A DNA stretch of 64,000 nt from Candidatus Hydrogenedentota bacterium (lineage in GTDB: Bacteria > Hydrogenedentota > Hydrogenedentia > Hydrogenedentales > SLHB01), in assembly GCA_963745075.1 (NCBI GenBank), contig CAVUWV010000036.1, positions 1 to 64,000 on the forward strand, in the 5' to 3' direction. Positions 29,475 to 38,232 of this stretch are shown here, piece after piece. The notes beneath the pieces are model-generated. The model ran no database searches, had not been told where the DNA came from, and worked only from the letters and a program-made list of their open reading frames with translations. Position 1 is the stretch's first letter. The number at the start of each line of letters is the position of its first letter. The position numbers and the translations under genes are program-made.

Positions 29475-32400
29475 ATGCGTAGGGTGGTGCTGGCTCTGAT
29501 TCTTGCGGGGTGTTGCGGACTGGCGGGCGCGGCGGCCCCCTGGTGGGACGCGTCCTGGGGATACCGCATTCGCGTCGACGTGGATGCGTCCAGTCTCGAT
29601 TCCGACCTCGTCGATTTCCCCGTCAGCCTGCGGCTCGATCCGTCGCTGGCCATCCACGAACATGCCGCCCGGGACGGCCGCGATCTTCGCGCGATCGATC
29701 CCCAGGGGTACGCCCTCGACTACGAAATCGTTCGGTGGGATACCGACGTACAGGAAATGCACCTTCGCGTCCCGCGCATCGCGGCCCATGCTCCGAGGCA
29801 GCATTTCTATCTCTATTACGGCAATCCGAAAGCCATCGCGCAGCGCGGGGGCACCGTGTGGGGCGACGCATACCGCGCCGTGCTGCACCTCGCGGGCAAC
29901 GAGTCCGACGCCACGCACAACGATACGAAAGTTGCCCTGGAAGGCAAGGTAGGTTTCGGCAAAACGGCCCAGTTTTCCGAGGAACCGGGATACCTGCGTC
30001 TTGATGCGGATGCTTTGAAAGGCATCGGCGACGCCCTGACCATCACGGTGCGGTTCCGCGTACAGGAAGGACCCGCGCAGCAAACCCTTGTTTCGGGTAA
30101 TCGCTCCGAAGGCCCGGAGGAGTGGTTCAATTTCGGTCTTCACGTGCCGAGTGTCATGCACACCAACGCGACGAGTCACGGCCAGCGGGCGCCGGAACTC
30201 AACGTTCAGAGCATCGACACGGACCACTGGCACGCGGCCGCCGTGGTCTACAACAGCGCGAACCATACGCGGACCATCTGCGTGGACGGCGCGATCCTGG
30301 AACGCGATTCCGCACTGCCGGGACCGCTGGCGGTCGATGAGATTCGCATCGGCCGCGGGTTGCTCCATTTCGATCCATGGCAGTTCCACGGCGAAATCGA
30401 CGAAGTGCGGATCGCCGACGTTGCCCGGTCGGACGCCTGGATTCGCGCGGAAACCGGGACCCTCGGCGAACGGGACATGATCATGGTACTCGGGCCGCCG
30501 CAAGCCTATGGCGAACCCGATCCGCCGCCCGGCGGTTTCCGCCTGCTCGAGCCGGCAGATGGATTTCAAACCCGAAACCGCGAAGGCGTGACGCTGAAAT
30601 GGTCGCCATCGGCCGCGGCGGAATCGTATCAGGTCGACTTGTATGGAAGCGCCGACGCGAAGGAACCGGTGCAAACCATTAACACGGGCGGTGCCACGAC
30701 GTGGTTCTTGAACCGCGCCGATATGCCGACTTCGTTATGGTGGACGGTGACGGCTCGTAGCGCCGCAGGGGAAGTTCCAGCCGGTGTGCGCCGCGCGCTG
30801 ACGTTTTACGACTGGGATCAACCCATGCAGAAGCCGGAGGACGCGGTCGTGCCGGTGCTCAACCCGGTTCACGACGCGCAATACGATCTGAAAGGCTATC
30901 TGCGCAAGCGGATTGACAATTCGATTCAGCGCTACCTGCTCGAGACGCCGGAGTCGAGTCCGGCGATCCTCCAGGTGTTTCGCGATCGCGACAAGACGCC
31001 CGTGCGCGACCCGCTCGTGCCGTGGGCGGGCGAGTTCGCGGGCAAATACCTGACCTGCGCGCAACTCACCTGGCGGCTCACGCGCGATCCAGAATTGAAG
31101 GAGACCATCGACACGTTTGTCCACGATCTCATCGAGTGTCAGGCGGACAACGGCTACCTCGGACCCTTCCCGAAATCGTCGCGACTCACCGGCGGCAACT
31201 GGGACATCTGGGGCCATTACCACTGCATGCTCGGGTTGATGTTCTACTACGAAGACACCGGCTACAAACCCGCGCTGGATGCCTGCGAAAAGGCCGCCGA
31301 TCTTGCTGTTCGAGACCTTCGGTCCGGGCGGGCCGGTGTTGACGAACGACGGTGCGGGCGGCCAGATGAACATGGCGGTGTGCCACGCCTTGGTGTTGCT
31401 GTACAAGAAGACCGGTGTGCCGCGTTACCTCGATCTCGCGAAGTACATCGTTCACGACGCGTGGAATGAACCGGGCGCGGGCCGTTACCTCGAATCGGCT
31501 CTGGACGGACTTCCCGTGCCCGAGTTTCCGCAGCACCGGTGGGAGGCGATTCACGACTGGCAGGCTCTCGCCGAGTTGTACTGGCTGACGGGTGACGAGC
31601 AGTATCAGAAAGCCTTCGAGCACATCTGGCACAGCGCCGTGAAAGGCGACCGTCACAATACCGGCGGCATGACCTCCGGCGAAGGGTTTACCGGATCGCC
31701 GTACAACCCCGGCGCTATCGAGACTTGCTGCACCGTGGCGTGGATTGCGATGTCCGTGGACATGCTGCGCATGACCGGGGATTCGACGGTGGCCGATGAG
31801 ATTGAGTGGAGCACGTTCAATAGCGCACTCGGCGCGATCCCGTACAGCGGCCGGGCCTGCGCGTACAACGTGCCCATGGACGGCACCCGCACCTTCGGCG
31901 TGGAGTTGCCGTGGCAGTCGCCAAAGGCCGGACCCGACCTCAACTGCTGCGCGGTTAACGCGAATCGTCCCCTCGGGATGATCAGCCAGTGGGCTTTGAT
32001 GCAGCATGTTGACGGGCTGGCGTTGAACTTCTACGGTCCGGGCACGCTTGCGGCGGCGCTGCCGTCGGGCAATCGCGTCACGTTTACGGAAGACACTGAC
32101 TACCCGCGCAACGGGCGTGTGCATATCGCGGTCGTAACCAACCAGTTGGAGACCTTCACATTGCGCCTCCGCATTCCGCGTTGGTCGAAGAACACGGAAG
32201 TGTCCGTGAATGGCGAACCGGTAAAGGACGTTACGCCAGGAACCTATCTCACGCTCAGCCGCGAATGGAAAACCGGCGATCAGATCGAGCTGTCTCTGGA
32301 TTTCACGCCGCGATACTGGGTGGGCGGAGAAGCTTACGACGGCAAGCTTTGCGTATACCGTGGCCCGCTGCTCTACGCCTACGACGCGCGTTACAACAAC

Positions 32401-32619
32401 GTCAATCCCGGCGCGCTACCGGCGGTGGACTGGAAATCGCTCGTATTCACGCCCGAAACCTGGGACGGTCCCATCGAGCCGTGGAGCCTCATGTCCATTC
32501 CTATGTCGGATGGTACGACGCTTCGCGTTTGCGATGTTTCCAGCGCCGGCCAGACCGGCAACCAGTACGTGACGTGGTTGAAATACGAAGGTGCCGCACC
32601 GGAGTCGATCTACCCGTGA
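29475..32619 (+). CDS. Secreted DUF2341 + LamG-like + GH127 (beta-L-arabinofuranosidase-like) fusion; frameshift near 31303
   Basis: DUF2341-type WWDASWGYR..FPV..DGRDLR..YLYYGNP and LamG-type FHGEIDEVRI. GH127 motifs WAGEFAGK, QADNGYLG, IETCCT, NCCAVN, YRGPLLYA. Confidence 0.82.
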
Positions 32620-32674
32620 GACGCGTAATGGATTTCGATGCGAAAGTGGACCAAACGTTTGTATGGACACCTTT

Positions 32675-32840
32675 TGGAGTGCGGCCGCTTGCGGCTGCTT
32701 TTCTTCGAGTAGGCTTGCCTGCGAGTTCATACCGACCACTGACTAGAACTTCACGTGGTACGACGATTCAGATTGAGAGCATTGGGGTTGTCAGAATAAG
32801 CCCAAGAATAGCGGCCACGCCGAGGCGTGGCCGCGCTCCA
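32675..32840. repeat. Left REPIN: facing GGAGTGCGG-type REP palindromes
   Basis: TGGAGTGCGGCCGCTTGCGGCTGCTTTT at 32675 (+) and TGGAGCGCGGCCACGCCTCGGCGTGGCCGC ending at 32840 (-). Confidence 0.8.
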
Positions 32841-32850
32841 AAGGAGCGTC

Positions 32851-33408
32851 ATGAATCATTATGATTCCGACACGACGTTTTCTGACTGGCCCCACGCCCC
32901 TTCGCACTTGTTTGTCCCGCACGCCACGTACTTCGTTACTGCTGGGACGTATATGAAGCCGATGCTGTTCAACACGCCTGAGAAACGGGACTTGCTGTTG
33001 AAGTCCTTGTTCAAAGAAGCGTTATGCTTCAAATGGCGGCTGGAAGCATGGGCCGTCTTGGCAAATCACTACCACTTTGTCGCCTGCGCGCCAGAAGATG
33101 CGGGTAGCCTCAAGCCAATGCTGAACGCGCTCCATTCAAAGACGGCGATCTGGTTGAACAAGCAGGACGGTACGCCCGGACGCAAAGTGTGGTATCGCTA
33201 CCGCGACACGTGTCTCACCTATCAGAAGAGCTACCTCGTACGCTTGAACTATACGCACTACAATCCCGTCAAGCACGGTCTCGTCACTAAGGCCGAAGAC
33301 TATCCTTGGTGTTCCATGGGGTGGTTCCTCCGGGAAGGGGATCCCAAGTTTCGAGACATGGTGCTTTCGATCAAACACGACCGAATCAACGTGGAAGACG
33401 ATTTCTAG
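32851..33408 (+). mobile_element. REP-associated tyrosine transposase (RAYT, Y1 HUH family)
   Basis: TYFVT, AWAVLANHYH (HUH motif) and NYTHYNPVKHGLV..AEDYPWCS (catalytic Tyr motif). AAGGAG RBS. Flanked by REP doublets. Confidence 0.9.
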
Positions 33409-33410
33409 TA

Positions 33411-33570
33411 TGGAGTGTGGCCACGCCTTGGCGTAGCCGTCTTTCTTGGGCCTGTTGCAAGAGCTTATAGAGCACTTCATTATGTAACTGGAGATGGCGA
33501 CTTAATTCATTTCAAAACAAACCGCAGGCAAGCCTGCTCTGCAAAAGCAGCCGCAAGCGGCCGCACTCCA
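33411..33570. repeat. Right REPIN, mirror image of the left one
   Basis: TGGAGTGTGGCCACGCCTTGGCGTAGCCG at 33411 (+) and TGGAGTGCGGCCGCTTGCGGCTGCTTTT ending at 33570 (-). Confidence 0.8.
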
Positions 33571-33621
33571 TATGGTTTTCGCGGCCATACGTGCCAGGTT
33601 TCGATAGGAGGCTTTCCGATC

Positions 33622-34395
33622 ATGACGGAACCCGATCCAGATCACGTGTTGAAAGAAGCCGAGGCCGCGACGAAGGCGAGCCGATACAAAGAGGCCCTGG
33701 AGAAGCACGTCTGGTATCACGAGAATGCGTTGCGCATTGAGCGTTCGCAATTCGGAGTGCGATTGAGTTATGCCCTGTTCGAGTGGCGGCGGCTCGGAAA
33801 GTATTACCCGCCTGCCCTGGCGAAGCTGCGTTCCATCCGAGATGCCTCGATACAACGTATGTACGAAGAAGGCCCAGAATCCGATCTGTTCGCTGATGTA
33901 GCGGCCCTGAACGATGTTTTGGAAGAACCGGAAAAGACGGTGGAACAGTTTCGGTGGCTTGACGCGAACCGGCCGGATGTCGCACGGTTTGCCTACTACT
34001 ATTGCTGGCAGGTGCTCGTCGAATTCCGCGAGTATTGGTTGTGTGGGAAGTACTTGAATCTCCCCCACGATTTTGAGACCGCGATGTCGGCGTATGAGGT
34101 CCACTCCCGCTACGTAGATTCACACGCCTCGCAAGAATCCTCAGACAGGATCAAAGAGGAGATGGAATTCGCCCGACAATCGTTTTCACACCGTGTTTGT
34201 TCGCTGGTCGCACTGCTCGTCCTGAACGATCGAAAACCGGAGGCCGTTGAGTACACGGCTAAGGCGAAAGAGTTTCTGGACGACGCCGAACTTCATGCAA
34301 ACCTGGATAAGGCCCTCGAAGGGGTAGTGCCGGAGCGCTGGCCACCGGTCGATCGGAGACTCTGGGAAGAGGACGATAGTCCAGATGCGGGTTAG
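33622..34395 (+). CDS. Hypothetical all-helical protein
   Basis: AGGAGG RBS before the ATG at 33622. 257-aa ORF, apparently in an operon with the next gene. Confidence 0.7.
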   Translation: MTEPDPDHVLKEAEAATKASRYKEALEKHVWYHENALRIERSQFGVRLSYALFEWRRLGKYYPPALAKLRSIRDASIQRMYEEGPESDLFADVAALNDVLEEPEKTVEQFRWLDANRPDVARFAYYYCWQVLVEFREYWLCGKYLNLPHDFETAMSAYEVHSRYVDSHASQESSDRIKEEMEFARQSFSHRVCSLVALLVLNDRKPEAVEYTAKAKEFLDDAELHANLDKALEGVVPERWPPVDRRLWEEDDSPDAG

Positions 34396-34404
34396 CAAAA
34401 CGAG

Positions 34405-35193
34405 ATGACGGATACCATCCTCGATCAAATCCAAATCCAACTCGATGCCATCGAACGCGACGAGGGCGTGCGGATTGTCTATGCCTGTGAATCGGGGAGC
34501 CGGGCCTGGGGGTTTGCGTCGGAGGACAGCGATTATGACGTGCGCTTTCTTTACGTTCGTCCGCCGCAGTGGTATCTGTCAATCCAGCGGGGACGCGACG
34601 TGGTCGAGCGGCCCATCAGCGAAGGGCTGGATATTGGCGGCTGGGATTTGCCGAAGGCGTTGCACCTGTTCCGGAAATCTAACCCGCCCCTGCTCGAATG
34701 GCTGCAGTCTCCTATCGTTTACCGCGAATGGGGACAAGCCGTCCCGCGACTACGAGCCTTGCTCGATGATTACTACTCGCCGATCTCGTGCATGCACCAC
34801 TACCTGCACATGGCCAGCGGCAACAACCGTGAGTACCTGCAAAGCGACGAAGTCTGGGTGAAGAAGTACTTCTACGTGTTGCGTCCCGTACTCGCCTGCA
34901 TCTGGATCGAACGCGGCCACGGTGTGGTGCCCACTGAATTCGCGAAACTCGTTGAACGTGTCGTCGATGACTCTAAAGTTCGCACCGCCATCGACGATCT
35001 CATGGAGTGCAAACGCGCCGGCCATGAACTCGATCGCGGCCCGCGCATTCCGGTCATCTCCGATTACCTCAATGTCCAACTCGACCGCCTTACCGCCGAA
35101 CACCAGGGCCGCGCCAAAACGCGGGACACGGCGGCGCTGGATCGGTTGTTCCTGGATACGCTGATCGAGGCGTTCGGCGCGGAGTTGGCGTGA
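34405..35193 (+). CDS. Predicted nucleotidyltransferase (YcgL-like, DNA polymerase beta superfamily)
   Basis: YACESGSRAWGFASEDSDYDVRFLY, GWDLPKAL, KSNPPLLEWLQSP, KKYFYVLRP. Confidence 0.88.
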   Translation: MTDTILDQIQIQLDAIERDEGVRIVYACESGSRAWGFASEDSDYDVRFLYVRPPQWYLSIQRGRDVVERPISEGLDIGGWDLPKALHLFRKSNPPLLEWLQSPIVYREWGQAVPRLRALLDDYYSPISCMHHYLHMASGNNREYLQSDEVWVKKYFYVLRPVLACIWIERGHGVVPTEFAKLVERVVDDSKVRTAIDDLMECKRAGHELDRGPRIPVISDYLNVQLDRLTAEHQGRAKTRDTAALDRLFLDTLIEAFGAELA

Positions 35194-35196
35194 CGG

Positions 35197-36231
35197 TCAG
35201 GTAACCGGCTTTTCTGCCAGCCATTCCAACGCAGCAGTCGTGACCCGTTCGGGATCGATGCGGGTCATGCAGCGGTGATCGGTGGTGCAGACCGGTTTCT
35301 GGCAAGGGCCGCAGTCGACATCCACCCGAATAACTTCGCCGCGTTCGTAGGGGCCTTCGCTGTAGATCGGTGCGGTCGGCCCCATGATGCAGATCGTCGG
35401 CACCTTGAACGCCACCGCGACATGCCGCGAGCCCGAATCATTGCAGACCAGCAAGTCGAGCAGCGAGATGGTGGCCTTCAGCCCGGCGATTGTCGGCGAT
35501 TCGGGCGGGCGGAGCAGCGGATGTTTCGCGTGAGCGACGACCGCCTCGCGCGTTTTTTCTTCGCCGGGGCCCGTGAGCAGAACACAACGCGCACCACGCC
35601 GATCGTGCAGGGCATCGGCCACGGCGGCATACCGTTCGGCGGGCCAGAGTTTGCTTGGTCCGAACGCCGCGCCTGGCGCAAAACCCACCAAGGGGCCGTC
35701 GCCCGCGAAGTGGTCCCGGTACGATTCCACAAGGGACGGATCCGCGGCCAGTTCCAGGCCCACACCGTCGTCCTCGCACCCCAGGGGAAGCACGAGATCC
35801 AGATATTCCGTCGCCATGTAGACCGGCGTAACCTTACCATTCTCTTGATGAGGTGGCACGCGTTCCGTAAGAAATGCGGAACGGCCGCCGCGGGCGTAAC
35901 CAATCCGCGTGCCCGCGCCCGACAGCCATGCCGTTGCCGCTGCGCGAAACGAGTGGGGAAAGGCAACCGCGATTTCCGGCTTGCGACGGCGCAGTTTCAA
36001 TCCGGACCGAATGACGCCGCTCAATCCGTCCCGCCTCCCGGCCGGCACAGTCTCCGCGATCCAGGGCAGCCCCTCAACCAATGCGCATGCGCCCGCACGG
36101 CCCGCCGCGATCAGCGTCGCATCCGGAAAGCGATGGTGTAAAGCACGCAACGCGGGCGTGCACATGGCCACGTCGCCGATCCAGTTGGGAATCAATGCCA
36201 GGATGGTTTTCACGTTTCGAACGATTTCCAC
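35197..36231 (-). CDS. waaF: LPS heptosyltransferase II (GT9)
   Basis: PNWIGDVAM, PHSFRAA, PGAAFGPSKLWP, NDSGSRHVAVA, CGPCQKPVC..DHRCM. Confidence 0.8.
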   Translation of the reverse strand: MEIVRNVKTILALIPNWIGDVAMCTPALRALHHRFPDATLIAAGRAGACALVEGLPWIAETVPAGRRDGLSGVIRSGLKLRRRKPEIAVAFPHSFRAAATAWLSGAGTRIGYARGGRSAFLTERVPPHQENGKVTPVYMATEYLDLVLPLGCEDDGVGLELAADPSLVESYRDHFAGDGPLVGFAPGAAFGPSKLWPAERYAAVADALHDRRGARCVLLTGPGEEKTREAVVAHAKHPLLRPPESPTIAGLKATISLLDLLVCNDSGSRHVAVAFKVPTICIMGPTAPIYSEGPYERGEVIRVDVDCGPCQKPVCTTDHRCMTRIDPERVTTAALEWLAEKPVT

Positions 36232-36279
36232 GCGGTGCGCATTTTGGTCAGCGGGATCGACGCGACGATTCGGGATGGA

Positions 36280-36639
36280 CTACGGCTCGTCGCGCTTTTC
36301 CGCTACCCGTCGGCCAAGTTCCGACACGAATTCGTCCTCGCCGAGGGTCGTGCGGTAGAGCTTGTGCCGTTCCGCGAAATGGGTGCGTGTGATTTCCCCA
36401 AAGTCCACGATTGCGCGCACCATCACCGCGAAGAAGAAGATGAACAACAACGATAACAAGAACGCGAACTGCCGGGGATTGTCCCGCACGTGGACGATCT
36501 GGAGTCCGAGCAACAGCACAACAATGATCGCCAAGAGCAGATAGAAGCTGAACGGCCGCGAACGGTTCGCGTCCTTCCAGGCCTTGCGGAAATGCATGCC
36601 CAGCGTCTTTGCTTCCTTGATCCGGTCGTCGTTACCCAT
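36280..36639 (-). CDS. Small hypothetical membrane protein (2 TM)
   Basis: Two hydrophobic helices in a 119-aa ORF upstream of waaF. Confidence 0.65.
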   Translation of the reverse strand: MGNDDRIKEAKTLGMHFRKAWKDANRSRPFSFYLLLAIIVVLLLGLQIVHVRDNPRQFAFLLSLLFIFFFAVMVRAIVDFGEITRTHFAERHKLYRTTLGEDEFVSELGRRVAEKRDEP

Positions 36640-36658
36640 GGAAGTTTCCGTCGATGAT

Positions 36659-36835
36659 TAAATTCAAAATCCGAATATCGAAACACGAAACAAATCCAAA
36701 ACTCGAATGATCCAGACAATTGCTCGCGATGGAATACACCCTACACGAAATCGGAACGTCCCCTGCCGTTTTGGTCATTTCCCCACTGGGTCACTCGAAT
36801 TTGTTTCGGATTTCGTGCTTCGAATTTCAAATTTA
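36659..36835. repeat. Imperfect AT-rich inverted repeat built of 7-bp periodic units (CGAAANN)
   Basis: Left arm TAAATTCAAAATCCGAATATCGAAACACGAAACAAAT. Reverse complement of the right arm TAAATTTGAAATTCGAAGCACGAAATCCGAAACAAAT. Confidence 0.75.
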
Positions 36836-36870
36836 GTTCCGTGCTTCCAACATCAATTCGTAGTCGCCCC

Positions 36871-37095
36871 CTAATTAAGCGGGCATCCGCCACCCTGAAG
36901 CTGGCAGCACGACGACGCGCCGCAGCCCGCAGGCATGTCCCCGCGTGACGGGCCGCCCGACAGGGCCGCGAAAGCGCTCGCCTGTTTTACCAGCTTCTTC
37001 GACCCGCACGACGGGCATTCCGGGACGGTTTCACCGCGGACGAGGATCTCGTTTTCCGCGTGACAATCCTTACATTCAAACACGAACAACGGCAT
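36871..37095 (-). CDS. FmdB-family zinc-ribbon protein
   Basis: MPLFVFECKDC...CPSCGS..LVKQASAF, with a Cys/Gly-rich tail. Confidence 0.85.
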   Translation of the reverse strand: MPLFVFECKDCHAENEILVRGETVPECPSCGSKKLVKQASAFAALSGGPSRGDMPAGCGASSCCQLQGGGCPLN

Positions 37096-37212
37096 TGCAA
37101 CACTCCACGCCGCAGTACCTTGCGGCAAAAAGACCTACCCCCCAAATGATACCAGACAATGGCGGGGTTCACAACGTTTACGGCCGCGAACGGCCACACA
37201 GCTTGGAATTGC

Positions 37213-37542
37213 CTACTGTAAAAAGACGATAGTCAGCAACAGGTTGGAATCCTCCTTGGCTCGAAGGGCATGAGGCTCGTTCGGCGCGAGATGGATGAGC
37301 TGTCCCGCTTTCAAGGTTTCCGATTTCCCCATAGTGTCGATTTCAATGGTCCCGGAAAGACAGTGAATGACAACCGGCGCGGCGACTTGGTGTTGATCGA
37401 TGGTCTTACCGGCCGAGAGCGCCATCCGAATCAGCTCCATATTGTCCGTTTTCACGACCGCTTTCGTCCCGCCCGAGGGTAAGTCGTCTCCCCAAGTGTC
37501 CAGGTCCACGACCTCGCCCGGGGCCGCATGATGCAATGCCAT
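37213..37542 (-). CDS. Cupin domain protein
   Basis: HQVAAPVVIHCLSG...LKAGQLIHLAPNEPHALRA; GGAGG RBS. Confidence 0.85.
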   Translation of the reverse strand: MALHHAAPGEVVDLDTWGDDLPSGGTKAVVKTDNMELIRMALSAGKTIDQHQVAAPVVIHCLSGTIEIDTMGKSETLKAGQLIHLAPNEPHALRAKEDSNLLLTIVFLQ

Positions 37543-37725
37543 TGGTCACCTCCCGTTCGTTCGAACTTTTACGTCCTTGCCCGAGTGCTTGCGCCCTCCT
37601 GCTATCGTAACAGGTTGTGGCCGTCCAAGCTTCCATCAGCCGTAGAATTCCCGGAATCGCGCAGTATTCCGCCGTTCATATGGGCGCGCCGGACGAGGGA
37701 CGGGGTGGAGGACTTTGCCTTTGGA

Positions 37726-37904
37726 CCACTATATGTAGGATCGGAGATTGTTGCACGCGGTTTACCACAATGGCGCGGATGGCCCGTATGGCATCAATTT
37801 ATAGGGGCAATGTCACATCAAGACACATTTTATGCGAATTTCCGGGATCGGGAATTTTTTTGAAAAACACACTTGACCCTATTGACAACCCCTATATGTT
37901 GTGG
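37726..37904. promoter_or_regulatory. Three NrdR-box-like 16-mers (37726-37741, 37792-37807, 37889-37904)
   Basis: CCACTATATGTAGGAT, CATCAATTTATAGGGG and CCCCTATATGTTGTGG compared with the NrdR consensus acaCwAtATaTwGtgt. Confidence 0.55.
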
Positions 37905-37910
37905 TAAACT
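37882..37910 (+). promoter_or_regulatory. Near-consensus sigma70 promoter with an extended -10, driving an ORF-less transcript
   Basis: TTGACA (37882-37887), a 17-bp spacer ending in TGG, then TAAACT (37905-37910). AT-rich upstream tract. Confidence 0.78.
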
Positions 37911-37916
37911 CGCTTC

Positions 37917-38114
37917 AGTGTCTGGAGCCAAACGTGTGGATCTGGTCACGACTTCATCGCACCGTGAAGTCATTCCGCAGCCCAGGCCATATAGGATCCA
38001 CACAAGACGCGAGCTGTCTGAGGCCAACGACCGCAGCCCAATGGTTTCAGAAGATGTACGCTCGAGACCGTGACCCTCTTGCGCCAAGATACACGGAACA
38101 CGGTTTCAGGCACT
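37917..38114 (+). ncRNA. Unidentified ~200-nt structured non-coding RNA (6S RNA not excluded)
   Basis: Begins at the predicted TSS. The 5' AGTGTCTGGAGCC pairs (with G-U) with the 3' GGTTTCAGGCACT. Three internal stems, no RBS-supported ORF, and a downstream hairpin. Confidence 0.65.
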
Positions 38115-38123
38115 CCCCGCACT

Positions 38124-38163
38124 GAGCGGCGGGTTCCCAAGGCCCGCCGCTCCCTCCATTTTT
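38124..38163 (+). terminator. Hairpin closing the ncRNA unit; may also serve the convergent gene
   Basis: 10-bp stem GAGCGGCGGG / CCCGCCGCTC followed by CCTCCATTTTT. Confidence 0.6.
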
Positions 38164-38232
38164 CAGCCAAGAAGCCCACATGGTCAGAATTCATCGGTTA
38201 ACCGAGTGCAAGCGGAGGCGCCATGCTGCGTC

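Noticed and set aside
32851..33408. IS200/IS605 element with TnpB
   Set aside because: There is no tnpB. The NPVKHGLV..YPWCS motif and the flanking REP doublets fit a RAYT.
33622..35193. Nucleotidyltransferase-based toxin-antitoxin or defence pair (MNT-HEPN, AbiE, CBASS)
   Set aside because: The NTase is of the YcgL-like type, and I could identify no HEPN RxxxxH motif or known effector domain in the partner. Adjacency alone is not enough.
37935..38002. DnaA-box-like TGTGGATCT / GGATCCACA
   Set aside because: Each has two mismatches to TTATCCACA, and they are better explained as the two strands of an RNA stem.
37917..38114. tmRNA, RNase P RNA, SRP RNA, tRNA or retron msr-msd
   Set aside because: It lacks the tRNA-like ends and tag ORF, GAGGAAAGUCC, and the SRP GGAA-loop motif. 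There is no reverse transcriptase in the window.
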